Source of the DNA: Ruditapes philippinarum | Taxonomy: Eukaryota | NCBI RefSeq assembly: GCF_026571515.1 | Contig: NW_026859747.1 | Location: forward strand, 248,001-312,000 | DNA length: 64,000 nt | Direction: 5' to 3' | In this document: positions 11,987-26,900 of the stretch, piece after piece | Numbering within the stretch: the first letter of the stretch is position 1 | How the letters are laid out: each line of letters begins with the position of its first letter | The notes under the pieces: model-generated | Seen by the model: the letters and a program-made list of their open reading frames with translations, nothing else | What the model was told of the DNA's origin: nothing | Databases searched by the model: none | Program-made: the position numbers and the translations under genes

Positions 11987-14900
11987 ATGGCAGAACTTTT
12001 TGAAATCCTAAGCTACATTTACACGCACAGAGGACAAGAAGGAAACGAAACGGAAACGTAAGTTAGCAATTGTTTGTAATCAAAGATTTCTTGTTAATAA
12101 GCAGTTTCATGTTTCTGTTTCTCAAGATTAAGAATGATCGAACTTTCCTATTAGTTTGATTTTCGATTTGTTTTAAGTATATGTGACATTAATGACAAAT
12201 TTGCTACATTGATATTTTGGAATCTCGATTGAGTTTTCATTACATTTTGATACCAGAGTTCAGCAAAATGCGGTTAAAACGAACCTTTAATAACATTTTC
12301 TTCCTGGACGAGTTTCACAAAAGTTTGTATCAAATGTCAACTCATGGTAATTAATTTGGTCACATGACTAAATTTAAACAACCAAATCAGTTTTTATCTT
12401 AATATGATTTTTATTGTTTTGTAGATGTGTGATCATTTTTATCTTAATTTTAGGGGAGAATGCATTACAAAGGTGCCACGTTCTACGTTTCATTTATACC
12501 TTATGATACCATCTGTAAGTATGATAAGAATATATTCATATATTCAAAGTTGTTACTTAATCACCAATAATCATTTAAAAGATCCATAGATCCATTTAAA
12601 ATTAGATAATAGTTGAATATAAGCACATTATAAAAACAAAAAACAAAAAAAAAACAACAAAAAACAAACAACAAAAAACTTATAAATCAAATTTAATTTA
12701 CTTATAATATCAAACTTTATAAAACTTCCAAACCGTATCAACTACCTGTGATAATAAATGTATGCTTTATTCATTTTAGAAATGAGCCAACATGACTCCT
12801 ATTCTATACAAACATGTATGATAATTATCAAATGATCAAAATACATAAAATATACTAGCCTATTATATTCAATATAACATAGTGTGTCAAACCGAGAAGT
12901 AACAAATATTGTGAACCATAGCCCCCCTGAGATAACAACTGTGTTATATTTTACGACAAAGATCAAACATGGTCTGTCCGTACATACTGTACATTAAGCA
13001 AACAAACAAGATATAGCCGTTCTTACAAAACAATAATTATCTAATCTACTACACTTCTCTTTTATTTTATTATCGTTTAATTTAAAAAAGAAGATAGTTT
13101 GACTGCTATTCATCTGGTATAAAATTTTCGGGTAAAGTGGCCGTTTAGTTAACATTTCTGGACGCAATAATAGCATATGCAGTCATTTTAACGGACATTG
13201 TACCATTAAACCTACTGGCGGAAACATATTCTATCCAGCGACCAGTGCATATCAAAGTGAGGCAGCACTCAGTGCCGTCCGATTATGGTATATACTGTTG
13301 CCTTTTGAATCAGTTCATTTTCCCCCCAAAAGTAATGAATTGTTTTGTCCAGATTGAAAGATTGATTGTCCATTTAAGATATTTAACATAATTAGGATTA
13401 AAATCGACTTATATAGCTATTAAACTACCTATCTTCTGATATATGTTTTAGATTTTAACAACACTGTTACTAGCATGGACACACCCTAGAAAGAACAAAT
13501 GGCTGAATATACTACACGGACGTCCCGGTGTTATATAGTAAGTAAATAACATTTACACAATCACCTGTACTTATTTAAAACAAGAAATATCTTTAAAAAA
13601 GATAATCGGCGTAAATTCAGTGCAAAATGTCTCATAGCTTTAGAATATTTTCAAAATTAATGCTATTTATACTTTATAACAATATAAATGTCTAAATTGA
13701 AATATATTTGGTGGTTACTAGTATAATCTATGACAGTTGTCTAAACTTAGGCTAGCTGAAACATGTATGCTCCTATAATGTCAACAAATTAGTCATGTTA
13801 TTATAGATGCTAGAAGCTTTTTTGTCACCGTGACTTTTGACTACTGGTTTCAAAGTCAATACCTGATAATAACCAACCACACTACCAAATTTAGAGACTG
13901 CAAAGGCCACAATCAGCTGACAACTTGAATTTTATTGTTAAATAATATTAACTTATATGTATCTGACCTTCATTTTGTAAAAGCACTTCTGTGCATAAAA
14001 TGCTGCAATTATTAAGTCATGATAATAACACCAAAATCTTTTGTTGTTTATATCTTTTATTTATGAAAGAAAACAAACTGTAATAAACAATCAATGGAAC
14101 ATATCAACTCTGAACTATACTATTTATAATGCCTTCTTATCTATCTGGCAATGAAAATGAATAATAGAAGACTTAAATCAAAAGTTAAACATAACCTAAC
14201 TAGTAAAAGTTATAATTATGTATTTTATAAAAAAAAGGATTTCTATTAAAAATTGCACAGCTTGACTAGTATTTTGTATATACTAGGGGTATGAGGTGGA
14301 GGTACTAGTTAAGCCTACTGGCATGGCTACGTGTCGTACACCTACACAGGTTATATTTTACAATGTACTTTAAATGTGGAATGTAAAATATAAATGTTGT
14401 TCCATATATACAGAAATATATCTATTTATCTTATAATAAGTACTAAACTCAATTTTGCATAACCCATCAATGAAACTGATTATCAAGTGAGACAGTTTCA
14501 GATTGAGGTAGTCAATTGGGGTGTATTTCGGTAAATTTACCTACCGGTGTAAACAAACGCCGAATAACTATGAATAAATTAATTTGTTATTATTACGCAC
14601 AAAAAATAATTATACTAAAAGTTTTGCGATTCTTTATGATAATGTTGCATTTTAAATATATTAATTTTCGCAATTCATATCAGCTCTGGAGAATCTTTTT
14701 GTTGATCAAAAATATCGTTCATTTTCATAGAAAACAGAAAAGCTACGGCAAATAAAGTACGAGTGAGTAGTTATCGAATGTTTAAGTAAAGGCTGAAAAA
14801 CAAAAAGTTGGGTTTGTTGTTAATATTATCAACAAAATAAATTGTACATGAAATCATATGTACTGTATATTTTTGTATTTTGATATATCTTTGTTTTGGT

Positions 14901-17900
14901 CATAACGTTGTGATATTTAGTTTACGATTGTATAAATATTTTTAATACAACTTTAATCTTAGAGACAAGTAAACTAAAGATTACAAATTTGTCCTTAAAT
15001 TTCATAACCGCCAGTCTTTCCACCAATGAAAAACACCCTCTTTTAGCTGAGGATTTTGTAACTAACAATATCATAGATAAGAATAGATAACTGTTGATAG
15101 AGTATGCAAATATTGATAACTTTATCGTCATGTCCTTATAAATGATTTTAAAAATCTTTTGTAAACGATAAAGCTGTGTATTGATCAAAAGACCCTTTTT
15201 AATTCTGTGTGAGATATCCTGAGCATTGGAATGTTATTGTTGGACTTGCGTATACTAGATGTGTTTAGGCTAAGGAAAGCCCTAACCTGGGTGAATATGT
15301 GTAATAAATAATGCATGTCTTCTATTAAATTTGGAACAGCTCATTCGAATAATAACATACACGTATTAAGCTTCCAAAAGATAGAGCTTGGTAAAAAACT
15401 GCGATGATGTGCAGATTTTCCATGCTGTATACAAGTGAAAAAGGCTGATCACGATTACAGGTTAGGTCTGGCGATGCACATGTAATCAGACAAGCGGAGT
15501 GTTCCACAGTAACACTGCCGATATTAGATCGTTTGATCAAGACAAATCAAGTAAAATATAACTATTAATATAATAATTATCTCTCTACTTGATAAGTTTA
15601 TTTAAATTAATTAAGGGAGCCAAAACCGCCAATAAAAAGTGCAAGATTCACTTTCAAGTTATAATTGTTGTTAGGAAAGAACAACTGTTTGTGGAACACA
15701 TGTACTTTTAATTGCCATTAAACAGCCGGTTTAAAGGAACATTATTTTTGTCTGTTGTTGTCAGTGGCTATCACAATTCGTTTGAATATACATAATGTAA
15801 CACACATTTCACCTGTCCACATTTTATCTTTTGTTTTAGTCCGATGAATATTCTAGGAAAGTCTCATCGTTTTCTGTATGGAGCTGCATGGGGATCCATT
15901 GCGTATTTGGCAGCTGAACTTGTGTTTGAAAATGATATCGTCCAACTAGAGGGACCACCGTATGTCACAGGTAGCCCACTAAAAGAGCATTCAGTTTTTA
16001 GAATATTTCTAGATTTTTCAAAAAAATCTATAGCAATTTAGAGGATGTTTGGCCTAGAATAAATGAATAAAGCTAAGACTTTCTCTCGCGTTCAGAACTA
16101 TAACCCTACTGTATAGCATATCGTATGCACACTTGTGTTTTTTTTCATTTAAAAGTTCCACTGAACAGTAAGAGATTCTTCGTATATTATCTCTTATGAA
16201 GTCGATTTCTTTTTGCTTCAACATTGCTTCTCAAATTTGTTGACCACAAATGTGTAATCTGAAAAGCGATGTGCTAAAGTAACAGCGCGTAGGCCTAAAT
16301 TGAAACATACGACTTGATAAAACAGACTTCTCAAAAGATCAAACTAACCATCAACGTTCTGTATAAGAGTACATTAAACATCACATTGCCACAAGTATAT
16401 ACATGTTAATGTATTTGTAAAAGTGAGGCATGACACGGATATTATTAATTAAAATAGAAAGCATATGAAATATAATACACGTATATGATATGCTACGTAA
16501 AGTACGGAAAACTCATTAAATGACCCACGCTCAAAATATAAAAGTGCTTGTGATTTGATGTCTATTCATACTCATTTGTAGATGGCTGATTCGTATATTT
16601 ATAAACTTTTAAAGTTTTTCTAGACTATTTGTTTTAAGTGCAGTATATTTATCTTCTGTCCTCTTCACGTTAACAATAATCATGCACAATCATGTTTATC
16701 TAAAATAATGTACTTATCCGATCCCGACACTATTCAATCTTATTCACAAAGTCAGAGTGTCCACTTTACTACATTTAGTATATACGCCCCTTTAGATAAC
16801 AAGAAGTGAATGACTGTAAATTGCGTTTTAAGTAGTATAATTGTCTATGAAATACTCAATGGCGCACCCACAAGATGAACTATGAATTAATATTTATTAT
16901 CTAAACATTATGATATTGCGAGTTAAATCTATCTAAACAATATTTAATTTATCTGTATATGACTTACACATACATCTAGTAAAATTTCACAATACTCGTA
17001 TTATGCGTGTTCAATAACGCTTCAAGCAATGTAAAAACTGTGTTGTAATAGTATTACAACACAGTTTTTACATTGCTTGAAGCGTTAAAACAAGAAAATA
17101 TTGATATTTAATGGGGGACATTAGTGAATAACCTCCCCTGAGTACTCCCTATAAATAGATAGGTCCTAATAATTGGATTACTCGGACTTAATCGCCTATT
17201 TCTTTGTAGCAAACTAAATTAATTAGGGCTAATTATGATCATTTGTAATATTCAGATTAAATATTGCGATAAGATGTAGAATCTGTTGACATAAATGAAA
17301 CAATTTTTTCTTAAGGTTTACATATTTGTTGATGCATGTGGAAATAATTGATTAAGACATATCAACCTGTCTTACATAAAACTCAACGATAAAAGCAAAG
17401 GATTCCAGATATTTGGACCTATTTACATTTTGGTTAACCTCGGTTTTTATCAAGGGAAGATAATCCACTACTGTCCCTCATTATATATACAGTAGGGTGA
17501 ACGTTTCAGTTTAAACCCAAAACGCACGCTCGGGAAAAAACGCACGCGCGTTGCACGCTTTAAAACGAACGCACGTTGAACGCACGCTATACAAAACGAA
17601 ATACACAAACGCACGCAAAACGAAAAACGATAAATGATATACTGTACGCGAAACGATATACGCTTTCTCTTAACGCATTGAAACGCACGAAAAATAAAAC
17701 GTTTTGTCCAAACGTTTCAAAACGTTCAACGGCAATATTTTGCCTATTATATTCATATATAACAAAAAAGTTAGTAAATTAAAATAGTTTTGATTGTTAA
17801 ACATCAAACATTTATTTTTTCTATTATTTTTTGTTGATATAGCAATTGATCTTTATTTAAAAGGTTAAATTGGTCCTTTGAATTTCACACATTTACAATA

Positions 17901-20900
17901 ACAGAAAACCCGACCGTTAATTACCCTTCACAAATAAGAAAGGTGTCTCTGAAAACAATGTCGAGGGGATATTATGGAGTCTTTTATCTGTGTATAATGC
18001 GCTAATTGACACAATCTTTTGTAATGTTCTCAAGCTAAATTTACTAAACAACAAGTAGAGTACACTGTACTATATTGTTCAATCATATGAAGTTGCCTAT
18101 AATTTTTCAAAACAAACGAAAACAATCATACTGTACCTTTTTAGTACATTTACATTCCCCGTTTGTTGATAGTTCTGCAAAAATTGTCTTACACCCTGTC
18201 TGCTACTTTTCAAAAAATGTTTTAATAACAACAACTTTGCAATTGAAGAGTAATTAAATCTTTGGTGTCTGTAAAATATAATCAAATTCCTAATTTCCGG
18301 TGTGAATAACGCGCGTCGATATACGGTGTTCATGATACTTCATTTAAGGGTCACAAACTAGATCGAATGTTAGAGTTAAAAACACTAAATTTATGTTATT
18401 TTTAGAAACGATTTTACTTGAAAAAAAAAGAACTCTTAAATATTATCATATACAGTTGACCATCATTCTGCTTGGACTATATGTTCTTAACTTATAACAG
18501 ACGCAGACGCACGCTATTCAAACATGTCAAACGTTCTGGACCAAACGATAAACGGACGCATACGCACGCTAAACGATAACAAACGCACGCTCTCAAACGC
18601 ACGATAAACGAAAAACGATACACGGAAAACAATAAACGTTCAAAGCTTGTAAACGATGCACGCTTGAGAAAGCGTTTCATCAAAAGCACGTTGCACGATA
18701 TACGCACGCACGTTACACGAAAAAAGGTAGCACGAAAAACGCTATTTTTGACAACCCAAACGTTTATACTACTGTCCGTATATAAGTTCTGATTATATTC
18801 ACAATCGTTTTAACGTATCAATAAACAATTGTATGCATATATTTTGTTTTGGGATTTTTGTTTTCTATTTACAGTCTTCAAAACAGTGTTAGCAATGATA
18901 GTTATAGGAATTGACTATTTTCCGATGTTTTCGGCCTTCGCTTTTGAATCATACGTAGGGTATGCAATAGGAACAGCGTATGCATGGATGTTTCTGATTG
19001 TACAAATATACCGGGACACTGAGTGTGATTTAGCGGGTGTAAGCAGTTTTCATATTGATTGATTAAATTGATTTTTGAAATCAGACAAAAGATATATCTA
19101 ATTGACTTGTTCCCTTAATGGGTAACCTGACCTGAATGATATACGCCTTAATACTGCACTTTTGTAACACAACTTGTCATTGGCTAAACGCGACGTTTAT
19201 ACAGTTTCATATACACGATACTGTCAATTTACGAAGAAATTTCATTTTGTCATGGGCTGTTTTATAAATTCGTTATGAAGATTCTGGGTAGTATACAAAT
19301 AGGTCGACTTATATTATGCAAACAATCGTTTATATCGGGCCATATTAACACGACCGTCAAACATTTTAGAACTAATAATACAAGCGTTTCGATCATTTAA
19401 TGAAAGGCCACGTTACAATGAAAGGCGACGCTACAAACGTGCAGTATTATAAATATTGTATTAACAAGAAGCTACATTTAGATGCAAAGTTGTTTGGGTT
19501 AAAACAGCTTTACAAATTGAAGAAATATTTAAGATGATTTAAAGCCATTTTCACCTGTTCCTTTTTTTACATCTCATTACAGCGATTTCGTTTCGCGTTA
19601 CTATTTGGAGATATACCAAATCTCCTTTGTCTTGGATATCTTGCAATAAGTCTACCTATTCAAGTACTTAGAATATTGCGTAAAAAATCTATCAGGCTGT
19701 TTTCGTCATCGGAGAAAGTATCAGTACTTAGAAGATCAATCAGTGTAAAGAACTCGCCTGAAGCAAAACATGTAAAGCAATTACTTAAACCTCCTTTGCC
19801 ACCCATGTAAGTACATTTTTGACGTTTTGAAATTGTATTAATTAAATATTCATTTTTATTATGGTATTCGCATACACCATTCTTTTGACTGTAAGAATTA
19901 CCACATTGTGATTGAAATAGGGAAAATGCATTTGCATTGAAACATAACTACTGACGTAAGGTGGTTGAATGAATCTCTTTGAATGCAGTATTTGAATTGG
20001 AAGCATTGCATTGGAATAAGGCTAAGTGTTTATCTGGTTGTTCAAAACAACTTCCGTCATTTACAAACTATTTCAAATTGAGCTCTTAAAAACCAACATT
20101 TAACAATACGATAGTTTCATAAAAAAACACTTCTAGCGACTTGCATGCGTTGTATGTATGTTGAATACATGTGTTTTTTTCAATGCACTCAACATATTAA
20201 AATTGTTACATATATTTATTGTTATTTTCAATTGGCCTAAGTATGTGTATGAGCTAGAGCCACCTTTTACTCCAAATATACCTTCCTGAAATGTTTAATG
20301 AGGTAACTTTTTACACAAATGTCGTTAAAATCAAAGTCACTTTGAAAAGTAATTGATTCATTACAAGGCACATTATTAATGTCTTTAACTTTAAAGTTAG
20401 ATAACTTTAACTTCTTTTCATCATTTATTACTCTATTAATCTTAACTTCACATAGGAGTAAACCTTCATATCTACGTGAATAAATATGCACCTACAGACT
20501 TTAGCACTAATTATTCAGATGCCTCTCAGGAATGTGCTCAAGCTCATACAAACACAGTAAATGCCAATGGAAAACAAAAATATTCATGATTACAATTTTA
20601 ATATGTTGAGTGCATTGAAAAGAAAATATAAACTATTCAACGTACATATTATATGTATTTGCTGCGGGAGGGCTTTTGTCCGCCCTATTATTTAGGGCTT
20701 TTTTGTCCACACTGTAATTTTTAAGGGAGGGCTTTTGTCCGCCGTGTCATTTTCACGGGAGGGCTTTTGTCCGCCTTGTCATTTTTACGGGTGGGCTTTT
20801 GTCCGCCATTTCACTTTCTGACGGGAGGGCTTTTGTCCGGGAGGGCTTTTGTCCTACACTCGTTGTAGTGCTTTTGAAGCTGACTTGTAAATCACAAACA

Positions 20901-23900
20901 TAAACTATTTTCTTTCATCGTGGTAAAGAGCATACCTATTATGCCATAATTTGTCAGCAATTTTATATGTTTATTTTACAGAGAGGATGAACCAATATTA
21001 CTTAAAGACAAAATATGTTTGAAAGTCAAAACGTTCGTTAGTGACTGGATTTATAAACGTGAACCAGGTAAATATGATTCTTTGAAATAAAAATATACCG
21101 TGATCATGTTTTGAATGTTTTGTTCCTGAATATCATTTTATGTTGAACAGATTCAAGAAACACAATTCTAAATTTGTAACTTCGTAAGATATTTCTGTCA
21201 TTAATTCGTCTGTCATCTATATGTTGATGAAGAAGGTTGTCTAGTTGAATTCTGAATAAACTTTGCATAATAAGCTGTTCATATTCATAAAATGATTTCA
21301 TAATATTATCAAACAGGTTTTAGATACTCAGCCCGAATGATCTCTGTCATGGTTATTGGACTGATGGTTATATACAAGGTAAAAGCTCTTTTGTAAAATT
21401 GTACCTACTGCGGCTTCATGTTTTGTCAATGGGGGTTACAAAATTTCGATAAATGATGATGCATATTCCAGAAAGAATCTGACATTTTACTTATTTTTAT
21501 GACGGGGGAGGGGTGCATGAGCAAAGTTTTGGCTTAGATAATATCTTCCTGACCTTGATGTTAAAATTTTATATCATAATTACCAAATCTAATAGGGATA
21601 TGTGGATTCATAAAGGCTCTGTATCTGCTTATGACTTCCCAAGTTATTTTGAGACACTGAAAAAGTTACTGCTATTTATTTTTAACAAGAAGTCCATACG
21701 GATAAGTTATATAGCATATCACATACAAAATCACCGCATGATTTTGTATCCATGTCGTATACCTGTCTCTCTCTTTCTGTATATTTTGATTATAAATATA
21801 TGTAAATACAATTAATATTAACAATTTTTAAATTTTTCAGTTTGTTATATTTCACTATATTTTCTTAATATAAAAAAAAAACATTTTTCTAAAAGGAAAA
21901 ACCCGTTTGTTTTAGATTACAGTCCAGATAACAGCTGCGATAATAGTAGTTTTCAACGCTTCCGATGTTTTGCTGCAACAAAAATTAGATCAGATAGAAA
22001 TGTCTTCACAAGTAAACCAATCCAAGGACATATCTGCCGAAAGGGAAGGGATAAATATCACCCTGTCTCTTATATCTGACATAAGAAGTATGTTACAACA
22101 TAAATATACCAAGAGATTAATTAATCACTTAAGTCGTGTTTGCTATAAATCGCTGTAAGGTGTTTTGTTTTAAATTTTTATAAATTTAGTATTGTTTATA
22201 TTTATCTTGTTCAATGAAAATTATATTATTTAATATGTTTTCCTATATCCGCAAAGAGCTATACGTATGTCATTTTAACACTAATTTTGATTGTTTTTAC
22301 TGTGACCCCGCAAGAAAAATCACAGACGTTGGAAAAAGCCACAGATATGGAGTTGTGCCATATAATACTTTAGCTCATAGGTTGAGTGCGACTTTATATT
22401 TGTCAATCATACGGGTCTTGATTTAAAGTGTATAAAGCGGTACCTTTCCTGTCTGTGGATTGTAAAATTATTGTTTAAATTGTGATGAAAAAAATACAAG
22501 GTGAATAAAATTTGCCAGTATATTTTACTGAAAGCGAGTTGCGTCATAGCTAAACCTACACAATTGCAAAAGAATATTTCGTTCCGGAAGATTTTATTCT
22601 GATTTTCGACTAATACATTAAAGGACATACACATTTTATGTTGCAGAACTGACCAGAAACGACCATAAGCTTATGAAAACAACATAATTCTATAGTGATT
22701 CTTTTATATATAAAATAATACATCAGATATAGCTTTATACACGTTCAATAGAATGTTTCTTAAAAACAGCCCCTCATTTTACATTTCAGTTTGTTTCATT
22801 TGTTCAATTTGTGCGGCATATATCGGAAATATCTTCACAATTTTACATATGATGTCATCGTACAGGTAAGACAATATCTAAAATAAATTCATTTCCATTT
22901 GTCCATATATACATAAATGTATATGCACCAATTTTATTGTTTCTCTATTAGTCTTTAAAAATAAAGATTTATTAAACAACTTGTTGTAGCCATTGGTTTT
23001 TAAACTGTTTTATTGCAGCAAGTATGATATAAAAGCATCAGTATTCATACCTAGTTCATTATGATAAAACAAGCGAACATATTTTAATAAAGAAATAAAA
23101 ACGAAAACAGTTTTATATAAAAGTAATCTTGCATGATCCCTGTCATATTTTTGCTGAGAGTTACTATATATCTTGACGTCAAATTTTAACATCAAACTGT
23201 CAACAAATATAATTGATTACACTCGAAAATGAACAACAATACTAAACCCTTTCAGTTTATAAACCTGACTTCTTTCCGGTTTTCATTTCAGAACGAATTT
23301 GTTTGACCTTTACAAACGAATTCATAACAATATACCTCCAAGATCGACTCTGGAAAACAAAAATCTACTGGTAATTTTACTTTTGCTATCGTGATTAATG
23401 TGTCTAATAATAGTGATGACAAAAACAATAAAACTGAAATAAAAAGTAACGAAACATATACATAATTTATTGTAACTGTAACAGTAGCAAAAATAAAAAC
23501 ATTACTTCCTTGACAATTTATCAATTGTTCTCGGTTTAATCGAGCATTTTAAAGTAGTAATGAATTTATTTATTCCAGTCAGTCTCTCTGTCTTAAACGA
23601 CCCCTGTAAATTTTTGTAAATACCTGTTTTTTAATGTAAACAATATTTTATGCCTTGGATTATGTACATATACAAATTGCATTACAATATAGAAACAGGA
23701 GTGCAGAGAAAGTCAATGATTTTAAGTTAATTCCTCACCTGATATATGAGATAAAGCAGGACATAGTAATAAGATATTAATCAAATGCTGTAATAATTTA
23801 TCAGTTGTAATTCGAGGGGAATATAAATACATGCATATCAAACAGGACACATTGATTGATACGTAAGAAACATAAAACAAACATCAGAATTAAGACATAA

Positions 23901-26900
23901 AGTAACGATGTTATTGTTCTAACGGCATAAGTTTTGTATGTATAAATTAATCAAATACAAATGAAGAAAACACTAATTGCAATTGAATATACTATTAGAT
24001 GAAATGCATACTACTGATGTGGATACTATTATTTTTCTTTGTCACTTTTAAAGCTATCTGTACATGTTTAGGTTTAGGAATGCGAAAAGTAAGAAAAGAT
24101 GTAGAATTCGAAGGATATTAAAATTTTCACACTGTTCTGTTAGGGACTTCGGGATGAAGTTTCTGTTTTGTAATTCAATTGTGCCTATACTTCATTTATA
24201 AGGTCGATTAACAATTAGTCGAGTATTCCTTAACCATGGTATAATTGCCAATGTACTATATTTAACTATATTTAAATTAAAATGTATATTGTTAGACTAT
24301 GTTGATTATAAAAGTAAATTTATTCTATTTTGTGGTTTAAGTCCGATTTTATTAGATATTTAGGCATGGACATTATCAAGAGTTCAGGGTACCTCCGTAA
24401 ACAAACAGTGTTGACAAAGTAACTACTCTTGTTACTTGAGAGAACTTTTTTAATAATGGTTTGAATACTTCATTTACATGTACGTTGAACCTACCTTTGA
24501 TATAACAAGTTTTATTATGTTTGCAATTTAAACACTACGCTAAATGTCAAATGTGAAACTGAAAGACATATTTTATTTTAAGGTTGGAAGTATCAAGTTT
24601 GCCGGATACCAAGTTGCATATATAACATGGGGTAATAAATTCTATTAAATTACATATGAAAGATAATGAAATAACCAGCATATCATTTTAACAAATTGAA
24701 TTAACAACTATTTAAAAATAGTTTCCATTTCTCTCTCTCTCTCTCTTTGTAATATATTCTGCATTTTGTAAAATTATATTACAGTGAAAATGTCATGTTA
24801 CTTGCTTACATGAACACCTAGTATGAACATTTTCATACATTTAAAACATCGAATTGTGTTTGGACAAACAAACAAACAGGCCTTTTATTACATATAGTCA
24901 AGTGTGTACCTGTGTATAGAAGTAAATTCTCGCATTTTTTGTATATAAAGTGTACAGCTATTGCACAGCATATTGCACTATCTAATCAATATACATGCGT
25001 TAATTAATCGCTGCTAAATTAATACTACATATTTTGACAATGTAAAATATCTCTTTACAAACACATTATATTTTCAGGATTTGTTATTCATCTAATTATT
25101 TTGATCATCCTATCTCTTATATTGTGTATTATTATCTGGATGATTCGGTACGGCTATTACGATTGGATTCTATCATTGTTGTCGGGTATTTGGTATGTTT
25201 CACTATTTATTTTGCTATATTACTGGTCCTTGAGATAGATTATTATTTCAGCAGTATACCTTTTTGTACTATTTTGATTTGAAAAAAATATGAAATATTA
25301 ACATACCTGTGTTTCTGAATTATTTACACTAATTCTTATAGTATCTGATGACACAGGTTATTCAGATCCACCTCTTGATTTAGCGTTTAATGGCACTAAT
25401 ATGGAATTATAAAGAAATAAACATATAGCGCACTAAATAACAGGCATACCTGTCTTTTTCCTAGTTATTACCTAATATTTTGTATAGGCGGTGCATAAAT
25501 CTTGTTCAAAGTGGCCGAATGTCTACGCTAGTTATTATATAGGCCTTCATTTTTAAATTATCAAGACTCTCCCCTGAATAAAATGTTTTTACCAATTTTA
25601 AGGGTTGTATCAACATATCATTTGTAATAAAATTATAAAATTGCAAACAATTCTGTAAATATAGCAGAAGAACGGTACACAGTTAAATTTGAATAAATAA
25701 CCACAGCTGCATATCTTTAAATGTTTTAGGCCCACAGTATTGATGACTATTTTCCTGATAGTGTTAGTTATACGGTTTTGTGATTATTTTTTTTCTTGAA
25801 AAACGGCCCAGGTGACAGGCAATAGAGAATGGGTAATTGATGCTAAACTCGTTGGTTTTACACGAGTAGAAGGAACTTTAATCCTTTTATTACATACAGT
25901 GTTAAAACATTATCCGCGACCGTTGATTAATATTTCCAGACTTTGTCCGACGGCATTTGGTTATTAATGAGCATTGCATATTCTGATATAGTTTCCTGGT
26001 TATTTTAAAATATTTTCACGATCGAGAATAATTAAAGTTTTAAAATCCCAATGGTAATTTTTCACCGATGAAACTTATTAACCCAATCGTTGTGGTGAAA
26101 ACAAGTTAGTGGCCAAATAGTATTCGTGTTATAATGTTTATCGTTTCAAATTTCTAAAAACATTTCAAAACCATTTTAATAAAGAACTATTGATGCGTTT
26201 TTTTTACATATTGCACTACTTGACTTATATCTTACAAATGAGTTTTCTTTTTCAGACGTATGCTATTTAGTTTTTCCTTCTTCATGTTCTTTTACAACAT
26301 TTTTATTGGAATATTGTCATGTATGCTGCGGATAATAAAATCAATCATAATAGGCACCATATTTTTGCCTCGGCTAGATATAAGTCCCTTACCAAGGCGA
26401 TTTCAAATGCTAGATCCAGGTAAGTTGTTTTAAGTTTATACCCATCGTAACGACAAAATGTTTCTATTAGATCAATGATTTCTTCTGATGACAGCTTTGT
26501 GTTTTGTGTTGATGATTAAACATTCACCCTTAGAAACGCAATAATCATGAAAATAAATTTGCACCTTTATATTAACCACTGACAGAAACGGAATAACACA
26601 AAATCGACGAAGTAGTTTGTCAACTAACCTCAAAAGTACTACCTTAAATTAAATGAATTAACACATATTCAAGAGATACCTTACGTTGGATTTTATACAG
26701 ATCGTATTTTTTAGCAGATATTACATTTTCACTTGATATTATTATCATAGTACTGTCTATTGATTTAATTTTGTTATTTTCAGTTATTTTTGTGATATTA
26801 TTTTTTGTGATTATTATTTTGGTTTGAGGTTGTATTAAGGGATGGTTGGTTTGATATAAGGGATAGGTGAAAATTCTTCTCTGGGACAAATGATCTCCGA

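Noticed and set aside
25813-25815. In-frame TGA as a selenocysteine or readthrough codon
   Set aside because: It aligns to Phe in the paralog, co-occurs with a frameshift, and no SECIS was recognised in the 3' region.
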